DNA from: Octopus bimaculoides
Lineage: Eukaryota
Direction: 5' to 3'
DNA: 64,000 nt
Assembly: GCF_001194135.2 (NCBI RefSeq)
Contig: NC_068993.1
Coordinates: 12,880,323-12,944,322 of the forward strand
Part shown: positions 12,258 to 24,644 of the stretch, piece by piece
Layout of the letters: the number at the start of each line of letters is the position of its first letter
Position numbering within the stretch: the first letter of the stretch is position 1
The notes under the pieces: model-generated
Seen by the model: the letters and a program-made list of their open reading frames with translations, nothing else
What the model was told of the DNA's origin: nothing
The model's database searches: none
Made by a program: the position numbers and the translations under genes

Positions 12258-12602
12258 TCTTTTACTTGTTTCAGTTATTTGACTATGGCCATGCAGGGCA
12301 CCACTTTGAAAGGATTTAGTCGAACAAATCACCCCTAGTACTTATTCTATTGGCCTCTTTTTGCCAAATCGCTAAGTCACTAGGAGGTAAACACACCAAC
12401 TCTGGTTGTGAAGCTATATATATATATATATATATATACGACGGGATTCTTTCAGTTTCCGTCTATCAAATCTGCTCACAAGACTTTGATCGGCCTGAGG
12501 CTATAGTAGAAGACACTTGCCAAAGGTGTCACACAGTTGGATTGAACCTGGAACCATGTGGTTGAAAAGCGAGATTTTTAGCACACAGCCATATCTGCGC
12601 CT
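12258..12602 (-). mobile_element. SINE family A, near full length
   Basis: Tail TCTTTTACTTGTTTCAG..GGCCATGCAGGGCACCAC, (TA)n spacer, CTTTCAGTTTCCGTC..GAAGACACTTGCCAAAGGTGTC..GAACCTGGAACCATGTGGTTG..CACACAGCC..CTGCGCC. Confidence 0.85.
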
Positions 12603-13361
12603 ATGTTTACTTTCATTGCGTCGAACAGTCCAGGTAGAGAAAACCAAGGTGCCTTGGCTTTGTGCCAAAGTTTGATACAAATATTAACCATTTTTAAAAC
12701 CGGGTTTGCTGGCAAAATTATCAACCTGTCGGTCGAAAAGATTTTTCGGCATTCCTTCCGATACTTACTTTATGAGTTCAAATCTCGTCAGCTTCAGCTT
12801 GGCTGTCACCCTTTTGTATCTGTAAAATAAAGTACTACGCAAGTAGTTAGGTCGATGTACTCGACTTATCCTCTCTATTTTAAAATGCTGGTCTTGTGCC
12901 AAAATTATTAATAAGAATTATCATTAATGTTGTAATTGCGGTTACTATAATTTTTTATTTATTTTTTTAATTTAAGTATAGGTCATTAAAAACACATTAC
13001 TTTCGCTAAAGTGTGAGAGAGAGTGGAGAGTTTGGTCCGAATGACTGAGCATAGACACTGTAGGAATCTTGTATATAGAAAACAGCTATGAGAAATCACT
13101 TGATTTTCGTAGAAATGGTAATCCGAGATCTGAAGGATTCCTTGATTGGTTCCAGCTGGCTGACCCCTATTGAGACGTTTCCTTCCGCTTTCTTCTGCAA
13201 TGCTTCCTCGTGCCCGATTCTAAGAACACTCATCTCCCACTAAGTATTGTAACGTTTCATGTCTTTCAAATTAAAAAGTAGTAGTAGCAGTCGCTAGTTG
13301 CGGCAGGAACAATAATAACAATGGTAGTTTCTTCGTAAGCACAAGATGAGAAATCGTTCCT

Positions 13362-13773
13362 TTTTTATTGTACTTGTTTCAGTCATTACACTGCGGCCAT
13401 GCTGGGGCACTACCTTGGAGATTTTTTGCAGCCAAATTAATCGACCCCTGTACTTACTGTTTTGAGCATGGTACTTATTCTATCGGACCCTTTTGCCGAA
13501 CCTCTATGTTATTACAGGGATGTAAGCGCACCAGCACCGGTTGTCAAACTATGGTGGGAGACACACAATATATATATATATATATAATATATATGTGTGT
13601 GTGTGTGTGTGTAGGCGGAGCTCCTTTCAGTTTCCGCCTACAAAATCTACTCACAAGGCTTCGGTTGCCCCGAAGCTATAGTAGAAGACACCTGCCTAAG
13701 GTGCCACGCAGTGAGACTGAACCCAGAACCATGTAGTTGAGAAGCAAGGTTCTTACCACACAGCCACGCCTGC
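13362..13773 (-). mobile_element. SINE family A, full length
   Basis: Same architecture as 12258-12602, ending AGAAGCAAGGTTCTTACCACACAGCCACGCCTGCG. Confidence 0.88.
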
Positions 13774-14404
13774 GTTTATTTAAGCGACCTGTGAATTATA
13801 TTGATTACAGCACTAGAATGGTATGTAATTTATCGACCACGGATGGATGTAAAGCAGAACTGATATCGGTGAAATTCGAATTCACAATGCAAAAAGCCAA
13901 GCATTTCATCCGATGCCTTAACTAGTCTGCTAATTCTTTGAGTTTACGCGTTTCTCCTTCTGCACGAAATCAACGTAATTTTCTGACCAGATTCAGTCTA
14001 GCTTTTTATCTTTCACTACGTCTGTCAATACACAAAAGTAATTGGATGGAACTCTCCTATCAAAAACATCTATTGTTCAATTTTCTTGGATTGAGGATTT
14101 TACAAGTATAAAGTATATTTTACCGAGTTCGATTATATCGAATTGTACATAACCTCTACTGGCATGTTTCCAAATTGAAAAAAAGAAAATATATGTAAAC
14201 AAAATTTAGTTATCTTATTTATTTATTTATTATTTTTGCCATGATTTAAATTGAAACATTTAAAGAGAAAACTTGAACGAAAATACAGCAACAAAACACA
14301 CAAAAAAAATACCTTGATCTACTTACAAAATAGTTTAAAGCTACCAGACATTCAGGTAGACAACTAGGTAGTCATACTGGTTAAGAGAAGTGTATATGGG
14401 TGCG

Positions 14405-14526
<122 letters not shown>

Positions 14527-14764
14527 CACGCTCACACGTATGTGTAGACAGATTAACAAAGGAAGAAAAACCAGACAGACAACTCTAAAACCTATCATTA
14601 AATCTACAAAGACTTAACTGTAATTCTGTGTAAGGAGCGGATATTTAATCGCAGTACCGTAGTCATGAGCAGCAGATGGGTATGAACTGTATCATTTTTC
14701 CACCACAAACAATCCTGATCGTTCAATTATTATTATTATTATTGTCGTTGTTGTTGTTCTTGTT

Positions 14765-14981
14765 AAGGCGGTGAACTGGCAGAATCTTTAGCACGCCGGG
14801 CAAAATGCCTGGTGGGTATTTCGTCCGTCTTTACGTTCTGAGTTCAAAATACAGAGGTCGACTTTACCTTTCATCCTTTCGGTGTCGATAAATTAAGTAC
14901 TAGTTGCGTATTGGGATCGATGTAATCGACTGCTCCCCCTCTCCCCACAAAATTTCAGGCTCTGTGCCTATAGTAAAAAGG
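14765..14981 (+). mobile_element. SINE family B (tail type B2)
   Basis: AAGGCGGTGAACTGGCAGAATC..GTTCTGAGTTCAAA..CTTTCATCCTTTCGGTGTCGATAAATTAAGTAC..AAATTTCAGGCTCTGTGCCTATAGTAAAAAG; (ATT)n on both flanks. Confidence 0.85.
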
Positions 14982-15815
14982 ATTATTATTATTATTATTA
15001 TTATTTCATAGATCAAGATATATATAGAGACAAATGTGAACGCCTTCTTCTATAAAGCCATATTCGTTAAATGGTTTATAAAACGCTGGAAATTAAGGAA
15101 AGCATTGAAAAACTGTATATTCATGTTGTTTTTATGTTGCTTCTGTCCCAAATCAGAACCCACTAAGGGAGATTCTGCTGCCACATCGAGGAACTTCACT
15201 GAGTAGAGGATCACCCCTTTAGTTCGTTGTCACATTCTTTCGTACGTATATCTATGAGATATCAATATGGCGGATCCACATCCTTGGCCCACAGAAACAA
15301 TTAGACTTAACACTGTAAGCTAACAAATTACTTAGTAATTAAGACTGTGTTTTATTGATTCTTCTTACAGATTCTAATTGTTATTAGCCTGCAGAATATT
15401 TTACTTCCTTACAGTAATTAAGACCAGATAGAATTATCTTGTTGCAAGACAGACAAAACTATTTGCTCAATCTCATAAACAATTAAAATGTAGTCTCTCG
15501 TCAGAAAAGGCTTTTCCTCGGGACTTCAATAATAATCATTCTTATGCCATACGATCATATACAAATTTGTCAACATTATTAAATGATGGTAGTTAACGCG
15601 GGTAACCCAATTTCCAAGGATTCTGATCGAGCTAATGGTGGTGGCGGACTCTATTTTGTTGGTCTGTTTGTTAGAAATAGCAACTAATTGAATAATGACG
15701 TCCATAAATAAAAAAAGAAAATTGGGAAGGATTTTGCTTGTAAATCTGTTCTTTCAAAGACGACTTATTGCTCAACAATAACGTTATTATTATTATTATT
15801 ATAATTATTATTATT

Positions 15816-16018
15816 AAGGTGATGAGCTGGGAAGTTTATTAGCATACCATATAAAATGCTTGACGGCATTTCGTCCGTCTTTACCTTTTGAGTACAAATT
15901 CCGCACAGGTCGACTTTGCTTTTCGTGTTTTGGGAGTCGATAAAATAAATACCAGTTAAGCACTTGGGTCGTTGTAATCGACTAGTTGCCTGCCCCTTGA
16001 GCCTGTAATAGAACAGAT
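15816..16018 (+). mobile_element. SINE family B, diverged
   Basis: AAGGTGATGAGCTGG..GGTCGACTTTGCTTTTC..GTCGATAAAATAAATACCAG; preceded by (ATT)n. Confidence 0.75.
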
Positions 16019-17700
16019 TAATATCTATATATTGTGAAATAGCTGCTGCAGCCCGGGTGCTGGTGACAAATTATAGCATCAACCTTTTTGGCTTTATACA
16101 TGTTTTAATGACATTACTTGTAATGTACTTTTAATATTCTTGTGCATGTAATGTAATATAAATATTTCCAGAATACTCTAAGGAGCTTTTAAGGGAAGCA
16201 GGTTAGCTACGATCCCAAGATATTAAACGTAAATTGTTGATTGATAAATCAGAGCCCGCCCCCGTCATCGAATAGCATTGGAAAATTAGTCAAGCTTAGC
16301 TAATATTCCCCCGATGATCTGTTACTTATTTTCGATTTCTTGGTGTCTGAGTCACGTACGAAATTAAATGCATAGCATCTTAATAACACAATATTAACCC
16401 CATCGACCTTGCCGGTCTCGGAGGGCTTCCCATGGACATTGGAACAACCTTTTCATATGAACCAAACCAATTTTTAAAATGAAGTTCTTGCTGTAGATTT
16501 GAACAGAAAAAGTATTACTTGATGGTTCGGTTCCATATCTACCAGGTATATTTTGCAGACCAAACACAGTTAGTTCACAGATATTAGCATGCCATATGAC
16601 ATATAATAAAACACATTTCTCTCTATTTTCTTTGATCGAGTTTGAATCATCAATATGTCTAGTTATGAATTTATCACAACACAAGAACTGTATAAATACT
16701 GCTTTCCACAAGAGATTTTCCAGTAAACTATATAAATGCTGTTTTCCACTAAATAAAACATTACTCAAGTCACACAAATTTCTTTCCCCTTTCCAAAAAC
16801 CCTTTCTCTCTCCTTATCTACGTATGTATTTTTCTCCTATTCTTATGAATGGAACATATCCGAAACGTCGATCTTTTACTTCATCTTTACAGCGTAGACC
16901 TAAAAAAAATCTCTGTATTACTTTCTTACCACATGTGCTGCACGTTGTTAAATCGAAACCGCAACCACATGCTTATGAACAAACTTCTTAACAACAGAGC
17001 TACACTTGCTTTCTAGCTACGTTCAGAATTTAAATCCCAACGTAGTTGACTTCAGCTTTCATGCTTCTAAAAGCAAATAAAAGTAAAAGCAAGTGCAATA
17101 ACCCCAAGCCTCACCTATAAATTGTTGGCCCAGTGACAATGTCAAAAACTAAGATACATTTCACTAACGCTCTCTTTTATTCCATAACCTTCTCCCATCT
17201 ACCTTCAAAGAAATAACATCTATTATAAAACTTGATACAATGCATTAAATTCTGAGAGATTCGAAACATACTACATTAAATTCTATGCGGACGGGAACAA
17301 GTCGGTCTTTCAAAATTCTACCAACAGTGTTTGTTCGAGAACGACAACAAAGACCAATACTTAATGGTGGGAAGCAGAATCTAGCTGTCAGTCGCTGTCA
17401 TGTTTACTTGAATCAAAGTCTAGTGTACATTTCATGTCCAAAGCCCCTACTGTCATTCATCTATGACTAGTTCAAATCGTAATTTTCATCCGTGAATCAA
17501 TAGATGCCATTTAAGTAGGTGATATGTTCTTAGAATGTACTGGTCTTGCTGTCGAATCGGTTTTCTGTTGGCTCTTTGTGTAAACGTCCAAGTTTTTCTC
17601 TTTTGCTGCCTGCCTGTCTTTGCCCGTCCCCCCCCCNNNNNNNNNNNNNNNNNNNNNNNNNNNNNNNNNNNNNNNNNNNNNNNNNNNNNNNNNNNNNNNN

Positions 17701-17765
<65 letters not shown>

Positions 17766-18679
17766 GAGTGTATTTGTCCGCTTGCATTTGTTTCAATACG
17801 TTTCTGCATTTGGGTGTATATGTCAGTCAATTTAACTAAAGTATGTACGCCTGTATGTATATAATGCATGTAAATAATGTGTGCAGCATGTATGTGCGTG
17901 TACATGCGAATGTGTAAATATATGTGATCAAGGATATACAAATATGTGTGCGTATATATTTGCATGTATTTGTAGGAACATGTGTATATATATGTATGCA
18001 TGTGTATGTACATATGTATTTGTGTGTGTGCATTAATTGATGTGCATACGTGTCTATATATTTAGCAAGCTATCTCTTTATCTCTGTCTTCAGTTTCCCT
18101 TCTACAATACATTTTAACTATTTAAGCAAGTATCCTTCTATTCATCTGTCTCCATATGTATACATGTACCAATATGTCTGCCTTATTTGCTTCCTTAAGC
18201 AAGTTATCCAACTATGCGAAACGACACAATGTTTATATTTCTCATCAAAAGACAAGAGGCTACCAAAATGTCTTTGAGTAGGTTTTATATTTGCGCCTGT
18301 ACGATGTATGTTGAGTTCGTTCTCTGTATATGCGTTGTATGGTGAGTCTGTATGGTGAGTCTGTATGTGTGATTAATTTTCTGTGTTTGTATGTGAAGAT
18401 ATATATGCGTGCATGGTATGTATGCTATGTATGTTGTACATCTACGTGTGTATGTGTAGTGTTTGTGTCATACGTGTCTTTGTGAAGTATATTGTACTGT
18501 TGTGAGAGTATGTGCTTGTGAGTTTAATGGAAGTTGTGTGTATGTATATATATGAGGTATTCTAGGACCATGTATTTGTAAATTATGGCTTGTATGTACA
18601 ACATATATAAGCGATGTATGTCAAGTTTTCTACTCTCTATCTACCTACACACACATCTGTCTATGTATGTATGTATAAC

Positions 18680-18710
<31 letters not shown>

Positions 18711-18809
18711 TGTATATGCGCACACATGTATTCATATATCCTTCAAATTCATGCGAGCAAACGCACACACACTCAGTCATTTTTCTTGCCTTCTTTCTTC
18801 TCATTTCTC

Positions 18810-18853
<44 letters not shown>

Positions 18854-18861
18854 TCTCTCTC

Positions 18862-18894
<33 letters not shown>

Positions 18895-19231
18895 TCGCTT
18901 CTCTTCTCTATCTCTGTTAAATGTATTTACTTATTATATTTGTTCCTTTCATACAGGCATTATCGTTTTCTTCTGTCATTGGTTTTATTTGTTTGTTCCT
19001 TTCTTTGCCTGTAAGATTATGTTTCACGATCTCTTATGACACACAACCAACTCTCTCTCTCTCCATCAGCTAGCTACTCTATAATGCACAGCAGACGCAC
19101 CTTTTTGTTTGTCCCTTTCGGCACTTACCACCAAACGACCCACAAACTACCTACCAAACTACATCTCGGCCATGCCCTTACTCATATTCATGTCACCACT
19201 AATCTTCCTAGAGAGGTTACACTGTCTAGTC

Positions 19232-19519
19232 CAGTGTTTCACAACTGGGGCCTATATGACCCCTGGGGCCTATATGACCCCTGGGGCCTATATGACCCCT
19301 GGGGCCCATAGCAAAGTTTTAAATTGGCTAGGTTTCTCTCTCTAACATCTTACATTAATCTACTCAAGTTAATGTGGGAAAAACAAAATAGGAAGTTTGA
19401 AATATCTATAAAGCAAGTTTTTTAAATATCGAATGGGTATGTGGTGGTGGGGATTTGGAACCGGAGTAAAATAGTTACCAAAGGGCTCTATAGGTAGAAA
19501 AAATTGTTGAGAACAACAG
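19232..19519. mobile_element. hAT (Charlie-like) MITE with subterminal tandem repeats
   Basis: Termini CAGTGTTTCACAAC (19232-45) and GTTGAGAACAACAG (19506-19) are imperfect inverted repeats of the CAGTGGTTCTCAAC type. 8-bp flanks GTCTAGTC / ATTTAGTC (6 of 8 identical, NTCTAGAN-like target). Three tandem 18-bp TGGGGCCTATATGACCCC units just inside the left end. Confidence 0.7.
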
Positions 19520-19823
19520 ATTTAGTCCTTCGAAATGTTGAACATGACAGCCAAGTCTCATTTAAATCCTACTATGAACCGTTAGATAGACAATGGAAGA
19601 AAACTACGATAAATTATTTTTTAGAAAGGACAAAACGGTGAAGGTCAAATCTTTGATACTGAATTTATTTGATCGAGAATAACCTGGGGTTAAATAAAAG
19701 CAACCTCTACCCGATTCTAAACCTTAACGAAATTAATGACAATCAGCCTACCAACCAACGAAACAAACGACTGGCCGACTTCTCATCAGAAACCTTAGAT
19801 TTCCGATAATATTATTTTTGTTT

Positions 19824-20040
19824 GAGGCGGCGAGCTGGCAGAATCGTTAGCGCGCCGGGCAAAATACTTAGCGGCACTTCGCCTGTGTTCATGTTCTGAG
19901 TTCAAATTCCGCCAAGGTCGACTCCGCTTTTCATCCTTTCAGGATCGATAAAATAAGTACTAGTTAAGTAGCAGGGTTAAAGTAATCGATTTCTCCCCTC
20001 CTTTGAACTTGCTGGTCCTGAGCCAGAAATTCGAAACCAA
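19824..20040 (+). mobile_element. SINE family B (tail type B3), first of tandem pair
   Basis: GAGGCGGCGAGCTGGCAGAATCGTTAGCGCGCCGGGC..GAGTTCAAATTCCGCC..TTTCATCCTTTCAGGATCGATAAAATAAGTAC; tail CTTGCTGGTCCTGAGCCAGAAATTCGAAACCAA. Confidence 0.85.
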
Positions 20041-20057
20041 TATTATCATCGTTGTTT

Positions 20058-20266
20058 AAGGCAGTGAACTTGCAGAATCGTTAGCACGCCGGTTGAAATG
20101 CGTAGCGGCATTTCGTCCGTCTTCACGTTATTAGTTCAAATACCAGCGGGGGTCGACTTTGCATTTTAGCCTCTTGGGAGTCGATAAAATAAGTAGCAGT
20201 TGAGTACAGGGGTTGACTAGTAACCCTCCCCCGAAACTGCTGTCTCTGTGCCAAAAGGTGAAACCA
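20058..20266 (+). mobile_element. SINE family B (tail type B3), second of tandem pair
   Basis: AAGGCAGTGAACTTGCAGAATCGTTAGCACGCCGG..GGTCGACTTTGC..GTCGATAAAATAAGTAGCAG; tail CTGCTGTCTCTGTGCCAAAAGGTGAAACCA. Confidence 0.82.
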
Positions 20267-20544
20267 TTATTATTATCATCGTCCTCACAATCCACAGTCA
20301 CCATTTTTGATACATCGCCACTATTATCAACTTCCTAATCAACGTTGATGTGTTCATCATCATCATCGTCATCACCATTCTCATCATTATTTCTGTCACA
20401 GTCATCATTTTTGCTACAACGCCCTTATCATCATCTTCATCATCACAATCACTATTCTCCTCATTGACTTCATCACGAACGTCATCAATATGGCAATCAT
20501 TGACGTCATTAACATTATTGTTTTTATCCTTACCAATAATATTA

Positions 20545-20920
20545 ATCGCTGTGATCACCATCGTCGTCACCACCACCATCATCACCACCACCATCGTCGT
20601 CACCACCATCATCACCACCACCACCATCATCACCACCACCATCATCACCACCACCATCATCACCACCACCATCATCACCACCACCACCATCATCATCACC
20701 ACCATCATCACCACCACCATCATCACCATCATCATCACCACCACCGTCATCACCATCACCATCATCACCACCACCAACGTCATCACCACCACCATCATCA
20801 CCACCATCAGCGTTGAATATCTTCACCCTCGTCGTCATCACCAACATCGTCGTTTTTCTTAACAGCAGAATCAAATCTTGTCGTCGTTGTCATCGTCATC
20901 ATCATCATCATCATCATCTT
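20545..20920. repeat. Compound (CAC)n/(CAT)n trinucleotide array
   Basis: CATCACCACCACCAT units; generates the poly-His, Thr/Ile and Met/Val ORFs at 20298-20874. Confidence 0.95.
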
Positions 20921-21429
20921 TGTCACCGAGGTTATTGTTTTGGAACAACTATAACAAAAAATCTCCTACTACTACTATTGCTACTACTTATTTTCTTCCT
21001 CTTCCTTCTTCTTTCTCTTCTGCCTCTTTCTCAGCAGAAGATAATATATTGCCGTCGCAACTTCTACAAAGTTTACTCTCCAGATTGTGTGTGCCCCGCA
21101 AAATTTTAATGGTAGCGGTAGAGTGAGAATGGTTGTCGTTTTGCAGTTGTTGTTGCTGTTATAAGTGGTGATGGTGGGGTGTGCTACTGTTGGTGGGTGA
21201 TGGTTTTAAGGAGATTTGCATTAAAGACAACGTTTTTCAGTGTACATTGCGGTTTACGTCTGGAAAATGTCCGCCATCTTCTGTCGCCCTCGTTGTTATA
21301 ACAATGACAATACGAAGTACATCTTAGTTTTCTCTAGTAACGTATGTAGGTTGATAACCATAATAGTGTGATAATGTACAAAGCTGCGGTTCTTTTTGTA
21401 TGCATATGTATGTACACACACGTGTGTGC

Positions 21430-21481
<52 letters not shown>

Positions 21482-21932
21482 CACATACATATATATGTGG
21501 TGTGTGAATGTATGTATGAGTTTTAAAATGGACATGTACGTGTGAACTCGTATGTAAGTAAATACATGGTCATGTGAGAGAGAGAGAGAGAGGAGAGTGC
21601 GAGTAAGTCCTGTCGTTGTGGTGGATGTGATGAGAGATGTTGTGCCTATGGTCGTGATTGATGTGTGTATTGTTGTTGTTGTTGTTGTTGTTGTTGTCGC
21701 TCTTCCTACTTCATGCCAGCTGCTTGGTCATCAATGTCAAAAATTGTAAGGGGCGGCCAAAGAAACTTGTCACAAAAGTAAATTCACCCACCCCTTCTTT
21801 ACCTCCTAACGTACCTTTTCCACTGTTAACGATTGCACACACACACACCTACTTGCGCCATCCATTACACACACACACACACATGTGTTTATATATATAT
21901 ATATATAATGTGTGTGTATATGTATATATGCG

Positions 21933-21964
<32 letters not shown>

Positions 21965-22000
21965 TATGTATATATGCGTATATATATATATGTATATATG

Positions 22001-22049
<49 letters not shown>

Positions 22050-22327
22050 NNNNNNNNNNNNNNNNNNNNNNNNNNNNNNNNNNNNNNNNNNNNNNNNNNN
22101 NNNNNNNNNNNNNNNNNNNNNNNNNNNNNNNNNNNNNNNNNNNNNNNNNNNNNNNNNNNNNNNNNNNNNNNNNNNNNNNNNNNNNNNNNNNNNNNNNNNN
22201 NNNNNNNNNNNNNNNNNNNNNNNNNNNNNNNNNNNNNNNNNNNNNNNNNNNNNNNNNNNNNNNNNNNNNNNNNNNNNNNNNNNNNNNNNNNNNNNNNNNN
22301 NNNNNNNNNNNNNNNNNNNNNNNNATG

Positions 22328-22396
<69 letters not shown>

Positions 22397-23012
22397 TCCA
22401 TTAAGCATCTGCTCACCGGCAAATATATTTCCCTCACTACCTTTCTTACTGAGACAATTATCCATATAGGCGCGCATATGAACTGAGAAATAATGTGTGT
22501 GTGTGTGTTTGTGTGTGTGTACTGTCTAAAATTACATTGGGATTTCATGTTGTGCAGAAACATACACGCCCACAAACGCAGACATATATAACATATATAC
22601 TCTTTATGTGCACTTAGGACACTATCGAAGTATATTCGTTGTTTAACTTCCATAGAAACTGTGTAGCGATTACAGAAACACATGTAACTCGTAACAGAGT
22701 AAGTTAACAGGAGGTCGAAATCAAATCCGTCGCATAAACTTTATACACAACTCGAGGACAGCTGAAGTAATCATTGCACGAAATGATGTAACTAGCACTT
22801 GGTAAAATCATTGTGTGGCCTCTACGTCGAATATCGTACTGTTTCTTAAAAACAGTAGAGCAATGGAAACCGTATCAACTCCATTTGTGGTTGTCACACA
22901 TTCTCGCATACGCATGTCTATCACACACACACATAACTTTTATATGCCCTCTAACGAACCACACCTTAGCAAATCTATATAATTGTCTCAAAAGCATGTA
23001 AACCGAAACATG

Positions 23013-23215
23013 TATATTAAAGATGAGGAAGGCCGGTTTATGGGATTACCTTAGGTTTCCCGTCTATAATGGGTTTATCTTTATGGTGTATCGTCAGATC
23101 CCAAACTTGTTGGCCAACGGGTTTTGGGACCTCACAATACATCACAAAGCTAAACCCTTTATAGACGGGGAACCTTAAGCAATCCCATAAACCAGCCTTC
23201 TCCATTTTTAATATA
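23013..23215. repeat. ~200-bp imperfect palindrome (foldback / MITE-like)
   Basis: Left arm TATATTAAAGATGAGGAAGGCCGGTTTATGGGATTACCTTAGGTTTCCCGTCTATAATGGGTTT.. pairs with the right arm ..AAACCCTTTATAGACGGGGAACCTTAAGCAATCCCATAAACCAGCCTTCTCCATTTTTAATATA. Centred on TTGGCCAA at 23110-23117. Confidence 0.9.
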
Positions 23216-23509
23216 TACTGCTCTATATCGTAGAATGTGCTTCTTCCTTCTGATTTTTTTTTTTTATTTGAGAGAGAGCGAGAGTCTCAAAATTTAAACA
23301 GAAACACACCAAAAGAACTGATGATGAACGAACAACGTCTCGTGTAGTCTCTGGATTTTCCGTTTGTTCCTTTGTTGTGTTTCTGTTTCAATTTGGAACT
23401 TATTAGTTAATATAACGCTACGCGCCATTCTTATTTTTATTTATCTCTCTCTTCCTCTCTCTGTCTCCATATATATGTATGTATATGTAGATCGCTACCC
23501 ATTACACAT

Positions 23510-23680
23510 TCTTTTTTTCTCTCTTTGTTTCTCTTCATGTTTCTTTCTGTGTTCCTTTCTGTGGAAGAGCATAGGCTCGAAACGTTAAAGATTTTTTCAT
23601 TTCCCGAGCGTTATACTAATACATCTGTTTGTAGTCTACACCACCTGTCTTCGTCTTTTGTTTTTCTTTTTGAGAATTAA
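23510..23680 (+). mobile_element. Hammerhead-like repeat, copy 2
   Basis: CTTT-CTGTGGA-A-GAG-CATAGG-CTC-GAAA-CGTT-AAAG at 23555-23590; downstream TTCCCGAGCGTTATACTAATA..ACACCACCTGTC matches 7669-7718. Confidence 0.6.
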
Positions 23681-23739
23681 TCATATATATATATATATAT
23701 ATATACCAGAAGAAGAAGAATTGGAGCCTCTCAATCTCT

Positions 23740-24110
23740 TGTAAGACAATGGAATAATTCATTTCTATGATGCTGGCTTTGCGAAAAATTTTTATACAAA
23801 TCCAACAATTGCTTTTACCGCTAATTTCATCCACAGAGAAGGGCAAAACCTAGTAGACCTTGGTACCAATATCGCTGATGGGGTTGTCTTTCGTCAGTAT
23901 GCAGAGAGACAGAGCATACGGCAAGACAACTCGTCCGATACACTAACAATCTTGCTTATCCACCAATCTGAATCGCTGTTGCATTTTAGAGCGAAAGGCA
24001 TGTTTGCTAGACTGGCGGATTCGAGTGGAAACGAAGCACAGTTGCATGACTCTCGGTCTAAAACAGCCATTGTTATGATTGTCTCGTACCCGAAACTATT
24101 CCAAGTGTGA
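23740..24110 (+). mobile_element. Degenerate non-LTR retrotransposon RT fragment (RTE-like)
   Basis: With frameshifts: VRQ-G (23741-53), ..DGVVFRQY.., LVRYTNNLA (YADD-like, 23939-56), then IHQSESLL..FARLADSSGNEAQLH..SKTAIVM, resembling the post-YADD helix and KT motif of LINE RTs. Spacing of about 60 codons between the RQG-like and YADD-like motifs fits the RTE clade. By-eye alignment only. Confidence 0.45.
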
Positions 24111-24295
24111 TCACCTCGTACATTTTCATGACTAACCCATACACACACAGACAAGTGCACACATATACTTCTATACGGTATACTCACAGATGTGCATGCA
24201 CATACTGTTTCAATATGTAAGTATGGTTTTGTGTGTATGTTTGTGTGCGTAATTCCGTATCTATCAATGTGTCTGTCTGTTTATATATACACATT

Positions 24296-24400
24296 AATGT
24301 ATGCCTGTAAGTGTGTATATACAAATGTATGCCTGTAAGTGTGTATATACAAATGTATGCCTGTAAGTGTGTATATACAAATGTATGTCTGTAAGTGTAT
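24296..24400. repeat. Minisatellite, 28-bp unit x3-4
   Basis: ATGTATGCCTGTAAGTGTGTATATACAA repeated. Confidence 0.85.
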
Positions 24401-24445
24401 ATATGCATGTGTATATGCCTGTATGCATATACATGAATACATACG

Positions 24446-24479
<34 letters not shown>

Positions 24480-24612
24480 TACATACATGCGCACACATAC
24501 ATTTATAGGTATACACATGAGTAAGTATCTCTTTCTCTCTCTCTCTCTCTACATATANNNNNNNNNNNNNNNNNNNNNNNNNNNNNNNNNNNNNNNNNNN
24601 NNNNNNNNNNNN

Positions 24613-24644
<32 letters not shown>

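Noticed and set aside
16394-16777. ORF containing FITRHIDD, reminiscent of a PLE RT RYIDD motif
   Set aside because: A single short motif with no supporting flanking motifs, and opposite in orientation to the adjacent hammerhead-like relic; not enough to call.
19246-19305. Regular 18-bp direct repeats that could suggest a CRISPR-like array
   Set aside because: No spacers, eukaryotic context, and they lie inside a hAT-type MITE.
20298-20874. Long ORFs encoding poly-His, Thr/Ile or Met/Val tracts
   Set aside because: Entirely produced by the (CAC/CAT)n array; open in several frames on both strands; no splice or codon evidence.
21268-21277. YY1-like CCGCCATCTT (also about 29823 and 55125)
   Set aside because: Isolated short motifs without promoter context; compatible with chance.
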